A DNA stretch of 64,000 nt, taken from contig NW_027361671.1 in the NCBI RefSeq assembly GCF_039654945.1, forward strand, positions 49,538,001 through 49,602,000. The letters run 5' to 3'. The position numbers were made by a program, and so were the translations under genes. The DNA is from Dendrobates tinctorius (taxonomy: Eukaryota). Below, one piece after another: positions 24,759-38,085 of the stretch. The number at the start of each line of letters is the position of its first letter. The stretch's first letter is position 1. The notes beneath the pieces are model-generated. The model did not search any database. It was not told the origin of the DNA and worked only from the letters and a program-made list of their open reading frames with translations.

Positions 24759-27336
24759 CTAGTGTATATACCCTGTAATATTATACTTTCCAAGAAAGGC
24801 ATCCAGTCCCTTCTTAAATATTAGGAGGGAATCACTCATTACAACATCATATGGCAGAGAGTTCCATAGTCTCACTGCTCTTACAGTAAAGAATCCGCGT
24901 CTGTGAGTATGCTTAAACCTTCTTTCCTCCAGACGTAGAGGATGCCCCCTTGTCCCCGTCACAGGTCTAAGAGTAAAAAGATCATTAGAAAGGTCTTGGT
25001 ATTGTCCCCGCATATATTTATACATTGTAATAAGATCACCCCTAAGCCTTGGATTCTCCAAACTAAATAACCCCAAGTGTAATAACCTGTCTTGGTATTG
25101 CAGACCCCCTAGTTCCCTAATAACCTTGGTCGCTCTTCTCTGCACCCGCTCCAGTTCAGCTATGTCTTTCTTATACACCGGAGACCAGAACTGTACACAG
25201 TATTCTAAGTGTGGTTTCACTAGTGACTTATATAGAGGTAAACTTATGTTGTCCTCATGAGCATCTATGCCTCTTTTAATGCATCCCATTATTTTATTTG
25301 CCTTTGCAGCAGCTGCCTGACACTGGCCACTAAATGTGAGTTTATCGTCCACCCATACACCCAGGTCTTTTTCAGTGACTATTTTGCCCAGTGTTTTACA
25401 ATTAAGCACATAATTATACATCTTGTTTGTTCTACCCAAGTGCATGACCTTACATTTATCCCCATTAAAGCTCATTTGCCATTTATCAGCCCAAGCTTCT
25501 AGTTTACATAAATCCTCCTGTAATATAAAATTGTCCTCCTCTGTATTGATTACCCTGCAGAGTTTAGTGACATCTGCAAATATTGAAATTCTACTCTCTA
25601 TGCCCCCTACAAGGTCATTAATAAATATGACCCCTGTGGTACCCCACTGCTAACCGTGACCCAGTCCGAGTGTGCTCCATTAATAACCACCCTTTGTTTC
25701 CTATCCCTGAGCCAGCTCTTAACCCACCTACACAGATTTTCCCCTATCCCCATTGTTCTCATTTTATGTATCAACCTTTTGTGTGGCACCGTATCAAAAG
25801 CTTTTGAGAAGTCCATGTACACCACGTCCACTGCATTCCCTTGGTCCAGTCCAGAACTTACCTGTTCATAAAAGCTTATCAGATTAGTCTGACAGGAACG
25901 GTCCCTTGTAAACCCATGTTGATATTGGGTCATAAGGTTATTCTTCTCCAGATACTCCAGTATAGTATCTCTTAGAAAACCCTCCAGGATTTTACCCACA
26001 GTTGAGGTTAAACTTACTGGCCTATAATTTCCAAGTTCAGTTTTTGTCTCCTTTTTGAATATTGGCACCACATTTGCTATACGCCAGTCCTGTGGTACAG
26101 ACCCTGTTATTATGGAATCTTTAAAGATTAAAAATAATGGTCTATCTATGACTGTGCTTAATTCCTGCAGTACTCGGGGGTGTATCCCAACCGGGCCCGG
26201 GGATTTGTCAATTTTAGTGACTTTTAGACGCCACTGTACTTCCTGCTGGGTTAAGCAGGTGACATTTAACGGAGAATTTTTATCCCTGATCACTTTATCC
26301 GTCATGGGATTTTCTTGTGTAAATACTGTTGAAAAAAAGTCATTTAGCATATCGGCTTTTTCCTCATCCTCATCCACCATTTCACCCAGACTATTTTTAA
26401 GGGGACACTATTATTTTTTAGCTTCTTGCTATTTATGTAGTTAAAGAATATTTTGGGATTATTTTTACTTTCTCTGGCAATGAGTCTCTCTGTCTCAATC
26501 TTTGCAGCCTTGATTTGCTTTTTACAGAATTTATTTCATTTTCTGTATTTATTTAATGCCTCATCATTACCTACTTGCTTTAATTCTCTAAATTCCCAGT
26601 TAATTGCACCAAGATCATCTCTCATCCGTTGGAAATTTGCCTTCCTGAAGTTTAGTGTCCTTGTAACCCATCTACTACACATCTTATTAAAGGATACATG
26701 AAAACTTATTAATTTGTGATCACTATTACCCAAGTGACCCTCAACCCTTACATTTGATATGCGGTCTGGCCTGTTGGTTAATATTAGGTCTAGCAGTGCC
26801 CCCCCTCTTGTTGGGTCCTGAACCAGTTGTGAAAGGTAATTGTCTCTCATAGTAGTCAAAAACCTATTACCTTTGCTGGAACTGCAGGTTTCGGTTCCCC
26901 AATGTATTTCAGGGTAGTTGAAGTCCCCCATAATAATGACTTCTCCTTGAGTCGCAGCTTCATCTATTTGCTTTATGAGGATATTCTCTGTTGCTTCCAT
27001 TATTTTTGGAGACTTATAACAAACCCCTATCATTAATTTATTATTTTTCCCCCCTCCCCTTATCTCCACCCACAGTGACTCTACATTTTCATTAGATTCA
27101 TATATATTATCACGAAGGATGGGTTTTAAGGATGATTTTACATATAAACACACACCTCCCCCTTGCTTATTTGTTCGGTCATTTCTGAACAGACTATAGC
27201 CCTGTAAATTAACCGCCCAGTCGTGGCTCTCGTCCAGCCATGTCTCAGATATCCCCACCATGTCATAATTATGCTCCAACAACATTAACTCCAATTCCTC
27301 CATTTTGTTGGAGAGACTTCTGGCATTAGTATACAT
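24759..27336 (-). pseudogene. CR1 ORF2 (AP endonuclease plus reverse transcriptase), broken by deletions/frameshifts
   Basis: MYTNARSL, GISETWL, MGDFNYP, GNSDH; NYRPVSLTS, DFSKAFD, SGVPQGS; C-terminal TRGHPLRL. Confidence 0.95.
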
Positions 27337-27500
27337 GCACTTTATGTATCTCTCTGTACCTCTATTCTTTCTTAAATTATTAACTGTTCTAACCCAGCCT
27401 CCATGCCACCCCCACCCCCATTGTCATTATTTGTGCCCAGGTCTCTATCTGCACTGTCTTCCCCTCCTATAAAAGGAATACCCTCCCCCCCATCCCTAGT

Positions 27501-28206
27501 TTAAACACTCCTCCAACCTTCTAGCCATTTTCTCCCCCAGCACAGCTGCACCCTCCCCATTGAGGTGCAGCCCGTCCCTAGCGTAGAACCTGTAGCCAAC
27601 TCAGAAGTCGGCCCAGTTCTGCAGGAACCCAAACCCCTCCTTCCTACACCAATTCCTGAGCCACTTATTAACCTCCCTAATCTCCCGTTGCCTCTCTGGT
27701 GTGGCAAGTGGTACAGGAAGTATTTCCGAAAATACCACCTTGGAGGTCCTTGCTTTAAGCTTACAGCGTAATTCCCTGAAATCATCTTTAAGGACCTTCC
27801 ACCTACCTCTAACTTTGTCATTTGTGCCAATGTGCACCATGACCGCTGGATCCTCACCAGCCCCTCCCAGTAATCGGTCAACCCGATCAGCGATGTGTTG
27901 GACTCGAGCTCCAGGTAGGCAGCACACCGTTCGACGATCCCTATCTTTGTGACAGATTGCCCTATCTGTTCCCCTAATAATTGAGTCTCCCACTACCAGA
28001 ATCTGTCTGGCCTGCCCTGCTCTCCTATTTCCCCCCTTACTGGAGCAGACACGCCTCCGGCTTTCAGAGGACATGCCTTGCTGCAGCAGTGCTACTCCTG
28101 CACTAACACTCCCCTCATCTGTCAACTTAGCAAACTTATTGGGGTGTGCCAGATCAGGACTAGCCTCCCTGGTGCTCTTCCCTCTACCCCGCCTTCTAAC
28201 TGTCAC
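27501..28206 (-). pseudogene. CR1 ORF1 SGNH/GDSL esterase-like domain, truncated and interrupted
   Basis: VVGDSIIR, CLPGA, VHIGTND motifs. Confidence 0.88.
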
Positions 28207-28231
28207 CCAGCTAGCTGCTTCATTGTCCTGC

Positions 28232-29328
28232 TGTCATGATCTGACAGTTTTAAATAGCACTGGGTGAACTTTTTTTTACTTTGGAAAGTTCCAAGGTGTC
28301 TTGACTGTCCCCGGTGGTGGTTAGTGGTATTGCACTTTAGGTTTTTGTGCACTTAATTATGTATCAGGTGTGACACCCTATAAAGGTGTGCTAGGGGTGT
28401 GCAATCACTGCCTGTGATATTGTGAGATTGTTCACTTTGAGTTGGAGAGCCTGGTGGAAGGATGGCGCTGAAGAGGAGTCCTGCGCAGCTCAGCCAGGGG
28501 GGAAGAGTGTCAGCGGTGGTGTCTGGACGAAGGGCTGGCATGGCGTGGTGGGGTCGCAGTGATGGAGTCAGCGGGAAGTGTCTACATGGTCTGGTGGAGT
28601 GGCTACTATGGAGAGTGGCACTCACCATGTGGGACTTGGCCGCTGAGCTGGACTCAAGCATGCTCGACTTTGTGTCAGAAGCTGAACTCATCCTTGGGAC
28701 TCTGGTACTAAGCAGCTGTACCTGGTGGTGGACTCTGCTCCAAGACTGCACTAAGGTGAAGGATCCTGTAATGGTGATGGATCCGGGTGGAGGAGAAGAC
28801 GCACGCAGGTGGTGGGCTCTGTTGCTAGGAGCGCACACAACAGAGCAAAGCTAAGTGGTGTTTCCCCTGTATTGTCTCTTTCCTCATGTGTGTTATTAGT
28901 GCAGTGGTGGGATTAGTCTCCGCACCGACCCATTCCCTAGTGAGGGTTTAGGGTCAGGGTGAGCAAGGGCGTTAAGGTACGCGTGCGGCGACAGGTGCGG
29001 AGCCTGTTTAGAGAATGTAAGGAGTGCAGGGACACTGGCTCAGGGGAGCTTAGGAGGTCTCCACGTCCCCCATTCCCTATCGCAGGGCCCACCATTGTTT
29101 AAGTTACCCAGGTTCCCCCTTTATTATTTAAATTCGCCTTTCTGGAGGCGGGGTTTCCAGATTTTATGCATAACGTGTAATTCCCAAATTCGCCAGGTGG
29201 AGGCGGCGTATCCACCTGCACGTTTTATTATTTAAATGCGCCCCACTGGAGGCGGTGTATCCAGGGTCACGTGTGTTATGGGTCCGCCTTGCGGTATCAT
29301 CTGCATCCTGACACACGTGACCATGACA
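28232..29328. mobile_element. Solo LTR inserted in the CR1 5' end
   Basis: TGTCATG...CATGACA termini; 5-bp TSD CCTGC at 28227-28231 and 29329-29333. Confidence 0.88.
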
Positions 29329-29594
29329 CCTGCAGCACGTGTACGGGCACAACGAGTGTACCAGTGGTCCTTTGTGGAAGCACGACCTGCTAAGTCCCAG
29401 ACATATGACTTATTACAGCTAGTATCAAAGATACCTCTTTCCATGGTCTGCATAGAGTATGATACCACAAAAAAATGACAATTAATGATGTTACCACATC
29501 CCTCCACCTAAATAGCATCATGGCTCCACACAATAAGATGGTCACCCCTGCCTCCTACACAGTATGATGGTCACTACAGCCCCCTCACACAATA

Positions 29595-31188
29595 CAGTGG
29601 GTAAGGAAATAAGGAAAGTATTCAGAACCCTTAAAATTTTTCACTCTGTTTCATTGCAGCCATTTGGTAAATTCAAAAAAGTTCATTTTTTTCTCATTAA
29701 TGTACACTCTGCACCCCATATTGACTGAAAAAAACCCAGAAATGTAGACATTTTTGCAAATTTATTAAAAAAAGAAAAAGTAGTTAAATATTACATGGTC
29801 ATAATTATTCAGACCCTTTGCTCAGTATTGAGTAGAAGCACCCTTTTGAGCTAGTAAAGCCATGAGTCTTCTTGGGGATAATGCAACAAGTTTTTCACAC
29901 CTGGATTTAGGGATCCTCTGCCATTCATCCTTGCAGATCCTCTCCAGTTCCGTCAGGTTGGATGGTGAGCGTTGGTGGACAGCCCTTTTCAGGTGTCTGC
30001 TGAGATGCTCAATTGGGTTTAGGTCAGGGCCCAGGCTGGGCCAGTCAAGAATGGTCACAGAGTTGTTCTGAAGCCACTCCTTTATATTTTTAGCCGTGTG
30101 CTTAGGGTCAGTCTCTTGTTAGAAGGTGAACCTTCGGTCAAGTCTGAGGTGCAGAGTACTACGGAAAAGGTTTTCATCCAGGATACTCTGTACTTGGCCG
30201 CATTCATGTTTTCTTGAATTGCAGTCGTCCAGTACCTGCAGCTGAAAAACACCCCCATAGCATGATGCTGCCACCACCACATTTCACTGCTGGAATTGAA
30301 TTGGGCAGGTGATGAGCAGTGCCTGGTTTTCTCCACATACCGCTTAGAATTATCAAGAAAAAGTTATAACTTATTTCTCATAGTCTGGGAGTCGTTCATG
30401 TGTTTTTCAGCAAACTATGCAGGCTTTCATATATCTTTCACTGAAGAGAGGCTTCCGTTGGGCCAGTCTGCCATAAAGGCCTGACTGTTGTAGGGATGAA
30501 GTGATAGTTGACTTTGTGGAACTTTCTCCCATCTCCCTACTGCATCTGTGGAGCTCAGCTACAGTGATCTTGGAGTTCATCTTTACCTCTCTCACCAAGG
30601 CTCTTCTCTCCCACAATTGCTCAGTTTGGCTGAAAGACCAGGTCTAGGAAGACTTTTGATGGTCCCAAACTTTTTCCATTTAAGGATTATGGAGGCCACT
30701 GTGCTTATAGGAACCTTGAGTACTGCAGAAATTCTTTTGTAACCTTGGCCAGCTTTGTGCCTTATCACATTTCTGTCTCTGAGCTCCTTGGCCAGTTCCT
30801 TTGACCTCATGATTCTCATTTGGTCTGACATGCACTGTGAGCTGTGAAGTACTATACAGACAGGTGTGTGCCTTTACAAATCAAGCCCTATCAGTTTAAT
30901 TAAGCACAGCTAGACTCCAATGAAGAAGTAGAACCATCTCAAGGAGGATCACAAGGAAATGGACATCATGTGACTTAAGTATGAGTGTCTGAGCAAAGGG
31001 TTTGAATACTTCTGACCATGTGATATTTCAATTTTTTTTTTTTAATTAATTTGTTATTTTTCAGTCAAGATGGGGTGCAGAGTATACATTAATGAGAAAA
31101 CAATGAACTTTTTTGAGTTTACCAAATGGCTGCAATGAAACAAAGAGTAAAAATGTAAAAGGGGTCTGAATACTTTCCATACCCACTG
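29595..31188 (-). mobile_element. Tc1-like transposon (duplicate of 11781-13365)
   Basis: Same TIRs and TA site. Confidence 0.95.
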
Positions 31189-32938
31189 TATAATATCCAC
31201 CACAACCTCACAGCATATTGTCCACCACAGACTCCTCACACATGATGATCTCCACAGCCCGCCACACAATATGATGGTTAACGCACAGCCTTCCACACAG
31301 TACGATAGTCACCACACACAATACAATGGCCCTACAACAGCCCTCTATATAATATGATGGTCCCCCACAGTATAATAGTCCCCCCACATAGTATGATGGT
31401 CCCGTACAGCTCTAATTCAGTGTCATGGTTCCCCACACCCCCCAAATAGTATGATGGTCCCCCCACAACCACAATACAATACGATGGTGCCCCAATACAG
31501 TACGATGGTCTGGGAGAGACCATGCCACAATATATTATGATGGTCTCCCACAGTCCTAATACAGTATGATGATCACCATAGCCCCCTATATAGTATGACA
31601 GTCCTCCCAAAGGCTCCTATATAGTATGATGGCCCCCCACAGGCACCAATACAGTACCATGGTTTCCCATAATCCACCACAAAATATGATTGTCCCCCCA
31701 CATACTCTTATATAGTATGATGGGACCCCACCAGGCCCCTTTATAGTATGATGGCTTCACACAGTTTTCCATATATTATGATTGCCCCCTATATAGTATG
31801 ATGGTTCGCAAGCAGGCCCTTATCTAGTATCAAGGTCCTCCACGGCCCCAATACAGTACGATGGTCTGAACACAGGCCCCTATATAGTACGGTGGTCCCC
31901 AGAGCCCCAATACAGGATAGAAGCATACTGCAGCCTGCAAGAGTAAGTGACGGAGTACGGAGCTAGCGGCTCTGTGCTCCGTCACTGCTATTAACAGTAC
32001 CAACGAATGGACAACGCCAATATAGTTAACAAAGTCGCAAAAGATGCAGATCGGCACATCTGGCGTTTGCCAGAATGGCCAGATGGAAAAGCATCATCGG
32101 CCTGGTAGACCTGCATGCTATTTTCCTTCTTTAAATTTAGCACACTGACAGCTTTCAAAACGAGTTGTTCAGTAGTGAATAACCCCTTTAAAAACAGACA
32201 TGCTGTCAACTGGATACAAACATGATGCAAAAAAAGGCCTAATTAACAATACTTCCTATAAATACCTCAAATCAACAAAGAAAAGGGAAGTATACACCAT
32301 TTAATAGAAAAGACAAAAAGTTTATTAAATAGTACTAATTTTACAATTAAAATGCAAAAACAGAGATATAAAATGCAAAGCAGCTCCCAGCAGCAAGGTA
32401 TCTTTTCTATTAAATGTTGGATACAAACATGATTGTTGGTCTATGGTGGCTGCACACGTGTATTTTTTATGTCAGAGAGCAGAGTAATAACACAAACTGC
32501 ATTAAATGATTGCGCTCCATGTTGCTATGACAGTCAAATGTCCAGCCAATCAGATGCCAGCATATAGTGGAAGATACAATATTTTCCATTATAGGGGGAG
32601 GGTATTATTATATAGATGTTTTATTATGCATTATTTTGATGAAGAAACATGTGAAAGTCAATAAATTCCTCCTAACATAATGCAATATATCATTATTAGT
32701 AATGATTGTATCCAAAAATAGCATTCGAAGACAGGTGCTCTTTAATATGTGAATACGACCCTACAGCAAGTAGTTCTGCCCAGTGAGCGACGTCATCACT
32801 AACTGCCGTATTATGTAATCATCCAAACATTCTAACTCTATAGCAACGAAACCGACCGCTACTAACAGTTTTAGTGACAGTGAAAAAGCGACACTTCATA
32901 TTCACTTTCTGGGAAAACCGAAATCACTATCAGCTATA

Positions 32939-35900
32939 ATGACTGAAAGAAGGTCTGCTAGGACAAATAAAGGGGCCCGATACAAGAAATTTGTATCCAA
33001 CGGCCTGCTCGAGATTTTATGCAAAAAGGAAAAACCTCGTAAGTGTAAAATGGAGACATTAAAATTATTGTACAGTAAAATTCATTTAACGGGAACCTGG
33101 TCATTAGATAAATGCTTCCCGAGCTGTAGGCAGCATGAATCAGAGCTTGGCGGCACCGCTGCAGCCAGATAGGTTTTTCCTGAAATGCTCCGGCAGCTTT
33201 TCCCTGCACCACTCCGGTTGACTGAAAGGTCTCAAGTGTGTTAGCGAGTGATCTGTCAGTGACCTGGAGCGAGGACGTGAGAAGCCGGGAAGGTCACCGG
33301 AGGGCGACAGGGAAACGGACGGCTCTTTATATATACCATGTGATTTCAAACTCCAAACTGTTTTTAGAAAAAATCATACCTGGTTGAAGTCGTGCAGTCC
33401 GGCTCAGATTCATGCTACACGTGTTTGGGCACAGAGAATTAAGTGACAGGTTCCCTTTAATATGGCGTAAGAGCAGCCAGACAAGTGCCGGATTAACAGT
33501 TATTTGATAACATCAATATACCTTGTAAAATAGATATTTTTTAGAAAAATGGAACAGCACATCATTTAGTTAGGTTGAGAAAGGCTCATGTGAGGCGAAA
33601 CGTCTCCAAGCCATGTGGGCCAAATAAAGTCCACTACATGTTTTTGGTAATGATGGAGCGCTGCTTCATTTTTTTTTTACTTCTAGTAAAACAGATAGAA
33701 ATTACTGTTAAGGGGAGAAAACCTTCTGGAAGAAAGTCCAAGTTAAAATATAAACCCCAAATCAGCTGCTATCATTTCCTAAGCAGAAGGTTCTCCTAAT
33801 ATTCCTTTTTCTCCACTTTTAGCTGTTCGGCGCATTAAACCAACAAATAGAAAGGAGAGAAAAACCTTAAAATATTTCCTGGAACAGGCAGCAATCCTCC
33901 CTGAGATTGGAGAGCCGGGTACAGAAATAGAAAGCACACTGTACTCCATGTAAGTCACCATTTGTATAATGCTACACCTGCTGTTACAGAGGGTTCATTA
34001 CCTTATAAGTCCATGTATCAAGGATAGATGGGGTCTTGTAGTTTTAGGGAAGGTGTCATCAAATAAAAATTTTTCTCAACAACTAAAAAAATTTGAAGTC
34101 TTAATGTTTTAATTTTAAAAAAATATCAGTTGTTTTTAATAAAATATGAAAAATAATTTAAAAAGGGTCACACATTTCACTACTGCTCCCATGGAAGTCG
34201 ACAGAGCGTAAATCACTCCACCGATATAATTGGAAGGAGGGGATCACGCATTACACCACTGCTCCCTTAGAAATGTGTAACCCTGGTCTGTCCACTTCTA
34301 TGGGAGCAGTGCTGTAATAGAATAGGTAACTAAAATAAAGGTCCTGTAAATATATAATTTAACAAGCCCTCTACATATAACAAACTTGCACCTTTTAGTG
34401 CCTTTCATGGAGCACTTAAAATGACGTGGCGTCCCCTCACCCTTTTTTCTGTAACCAGCAAGGGTAAAGCAGACAGCTGGGGGCTTAGATTATCAGACTG
34501 GGAAGGTCCCTAGTTATTGGGCCCTTCCTAGCCTAAAAGTACAAGCCCCAGAATTGGTGCATCACATTAGATGTGCCAATTCTGAAGCTTTGCCTAGCTC
34601 TTCCAAATTGATCTGGTGTGGTGGCAATTGGGGTAATGGTAGTTGGGGGTTGATAACAGCTGTGAATTGTCAAAAATCACATCTGGCATCAAGTCCTGTG
34701 GTTAGTAATGGAAAGGTGACTATCAGACACTGCTCATTATTAACACACTAATTAATGAAAGAGAAAAAACAAACAAACATTTTTTTCTTTATTTGAATAA
34801 AGACTCCCTCGACTCTTTTCCGGTTTCCATATTTATTTTTGAAAAGAAAAACCCATGCAAGTCCTATTTCGTCCACAAAGGGAAACCTAGAAAAAATAAA
34901 CAAGAGAAATAAAGACAAGACATTCTCCCTCGTTCACCAATTTATTAGAAAATAAAAAGTTCTCATGCAGGTCCACCGTAATCCATGACTTTCCCACGAC
35001 TATCCCAGATTCTAAAGTCTAAAGGTTATGGAGCCTCGTTCAGAGAATAAAGATTCATAGGCTGTAGCAGCAGCCTCTCTGGGACCCGCTGAACTCCTTG
35101 AGAAGCGGCGGCTGTGATGAGCAGTGACGTCAGTAACTACACCACTTATGAGAGTGGCTGATCCTCTGTATAATGGTCCCATATAGTGCTCCACAGTATA
35201 AAGACCTCATATAGTGCACCACAGTATAATTGCGGCTCTATATAGTGCCCTACAGTATACTGGCCCCATACAGTGCAATACAGTATACTAGCCCCGTATA
35301 GTGCGCTATAGAATAAAGGCCTCATAAAGTGCCCTACAGTATCATGGCCCCATAGAGTACCCTACAGTATCATGGCCCCATATAGTACCCTACAGTATCA
35401 TGGCCCCATATAGTACCCTACAGTATCATGGCCCCATATAGTACCCTACAGTATCATGGCCCCATATCGTGCCCTACAGTATCATGGCCCCATATAGTAC
35501 CCTACAGTATCATGGCCCCATATCGTGTCCTACAGTATCATGGCCGCATATCATGCCCTACAGTATCATGGCCCCATATCATGCCCTACAGTATCATAGC
35601 CCCATATAGTACCCTACAGTATCATGGCCCCATAAAGTACCCTACAGTATCATGGCCCCATACAACGCTCCACAGTATAATGGCTCCTTATAGTGCCCTA
35701 CAATATAAAGGCCCCATATAGTGCCTGACAGTATAATGGCCCTATATGGTGCCCTACAGTATAGTGGACCCATATAGTAACCTACAATACAATAGCTCCA
35801 TATAGCACCCTACAGTAAAATGACTCCATATAGTGCCCTACAGCATGATGGCCTCATGTAGTGACCTACAGTAAAATATCCCCATAAAGTTCCCCATTCT

Positions 35901-36279
35901 ATAAGGTGCCCCACAGTATAATGGCCCTATAGTGTGTTCTACAGTACAATGGTCTCATATAGTGCGCCACAGTATAATGTGATTGTCTAATCTAAATAGA
36001 GAGGAGATTGAGGCCGAGCTTAAGAAACCAGCAAGAAAATTTAAGGAGCCCAGATCACCCGACCCGTGAGTAACGTGATGGCACCAGCCATACACTAAAA
36101 GTTAAACTTAATATATTATTTCTTGTCTGTTAATCACGTACAATGTCAGGATTTCGTTCTGTTTTTTTTTTCTTTTGTTTTACAGGCCAGAAAATCAAAA
36201 CGAGGAGATTGACTCAGGGACAGCAGCTGATACGAGCAGCCAGCCGCCCCCCAAGAAAAAAGCGAAAAAGAACCATTAG
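32939..36279 (+). CDS. Spliced 128-aa putative nuclear protein, copy 3; join(32939..33038,33823..33949,36000..36065,36186..36279)
   Basis: Same exon lengths and splice sites, intact. Differs from copy 1 by Y18F, D25E, N44K, R47K, V58I, C71S. Confidence 0.75.
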
Positions 36280-36770
36280 TGATGAGGTGATATAGAGCGT
36301 CGATATCTTAATTTTTGTATGGGTGAGGAGAGATAAGGATCACTATATATTAGCCCTTTTAGAATGATAATTGGGGAATATAGTCTCATAAAAATATTAC
36401 AAGTATAAACATAAACATGAACAGAAAAGGTATTTCACAGAAGACAGATTGGGAATGAGGAAACACATAAAATAATGACATGCTACATATTGAAACAAAG
36501 ACTGACACATCACAGTGGTCAGGAATGGTACAAAGAACCATAATTATATATTTTTCTTTTCTTGTTTTAGATGGTGACTGCCTCCACCAGTCACCTACAA
36601 CCAACCCCCCCAAAATGAGCTCCAACCCTTTACTACCTACCAGCCCCCATCTATGTCGAACTACCATCAACTAACATCACCTACCACTAATTCCTACCTC
36701 ATGCAAGCAAATATGACCAGCTACCATCATCAACTACTACGAAATGCCACCTATTTCCTCAAGATGTGAC

Positions 36771-37394
36771 CACCCGCCAGCAACATCTTTGGCCGTTCTT
36801 CACCCACCAGCAACATCTTTGGCCGTCCTCCACCCGTCAGCAACATCTGTGGCCGTCCTCCACCCGCCAGCAACATCTGTGGCCGTCCTCCACCCGCCAG
36901 CAACATCTTTGGCCGTCCTCCACCCGCCAGCAACATCTTTGGCCGTCCTCCACCCGCCAGCAACATCTTTGGCCGTCCTCCACCCGTCAGCAACATCTGT
37001 GGCCGTCCTCCAAAGGCCAGCAACATCTTTGGCCGTCCTCCACCCGCCAGCAACATCTTTGGCCGTCCTCCACCCGCCAGCAACATCTTTGGCCGTCCTC
37101 CACCCGCCAGCAACATCTTTGGCCGTTCTCCACCCCCCAGCAACATCTTTGGACGTCCTCCACCCGCCAGCAACATCTTTGGACGCCCTCCACCCGCCAG
37201 CAACATCTACAGCAATCCTCCACCCGCCAGCAACATCTACAGCAATCCTCCACCCGCCAGCAAAATCTAGGGCCATCCTAAACCAGCCAGCAACATCTAG
37301 GGCCATCCTCCACCCACCAGCAAAATCTAGGGCTATCTTTTACCCGCCAGCAACATCTACAGCTATCCTTTACCCGCCAGCAACATCTACGGCT
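36771..37394. repeat. 30-bp minisatellite, ~21 units
   Basis: Same unit as 4891-6895. Confidence 0.98.
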
Positions 37395-37938
37395 ATGTAT
37401 TAAACAATTGAAAAAATGTACTGTATTATAGTTTTAGTTTAAAAAAAAAAAAAATTTATACCAGGAAAACAAAAAACATGATAATTTTAAAAGGTTTGCT
37501 ATTTTCGACTTTTGACCACTTACTGCCAGCTGACAGAATAGTACATCAGCTGGCAGTATCCCACTCTTTGAACCCAACTCAAAGCCCCAACATGTCAGCT
37601 GTTTTCAACAGCTGACATGTGCCCGCAAAAGGTGTGAGCATAAACGCGATCCGCCCGCGCCTATTAATTATTTAAATGCTGCTGTCAAACTCTGACAGCG
37701 GGCATTTAAATGCATTTATCGTACGCCGGTCCGGAAATACACACAGCGACGACCCCTGTCACGTGATCGGGGGGGGGGGGGGGGGGTCATCACTGCGTTG
37801 CCATCACAACCAGAAGCCTCATCAAGACGTCTATGGTTGTTGATAGCAGATTAGTATGAGCGCCACCCTGTGCTGTGGTCGGCACTCATAGCAAGCCTGT
37901 AATTCTGCTGCATAGAGGTGATCTGAGCATCACCTCTA

Positions 37939-38085
37939 CACTCCCTGACAGAAGTTATGTCGCTTATCCACGTTATGTAAATAAAAGCTTATAAACTTAC
38001 GTTAAATTCATCCATTGGTTGTATAAATTATTCTTTTGAAAGTGGAAACCCTCCGAAATGTGGTTTAGGTTAAAAAAATAAATTG
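37939..38085 (-). mobile_element. Left TIR remnant of the same Tc1; body and other end deleted in copy 3
   Basis: TIR sequence joins directly to the MITE sequence gctatggcagcttc. Confidence 0.85.

Larger units (their letters stand above)
24543..29336 (-). mobile_element. CR1 LINE, 5'-truncated, private to copy 2
   Basis: 3' tail of taacatag repeats; ORF2 and ORF1 fragments on the minus strand; absent from copies 1 and 3. Confidence 0.95.
11609..29422 (+). repeat. Tandem segmental duplication unit, copy 2
   Basis: Collinear with copies 1 and 3; enlarged by a private ~4.8-kb CR1 plus solo LTR insertion. Confidence 0.95.

Noticed and set aside
28353-28854. 161- and 130-aa ORFs in the solo LTR
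   Set aside because: No recognisable motif; overlapping on both strands in GC-rich LTR sequence
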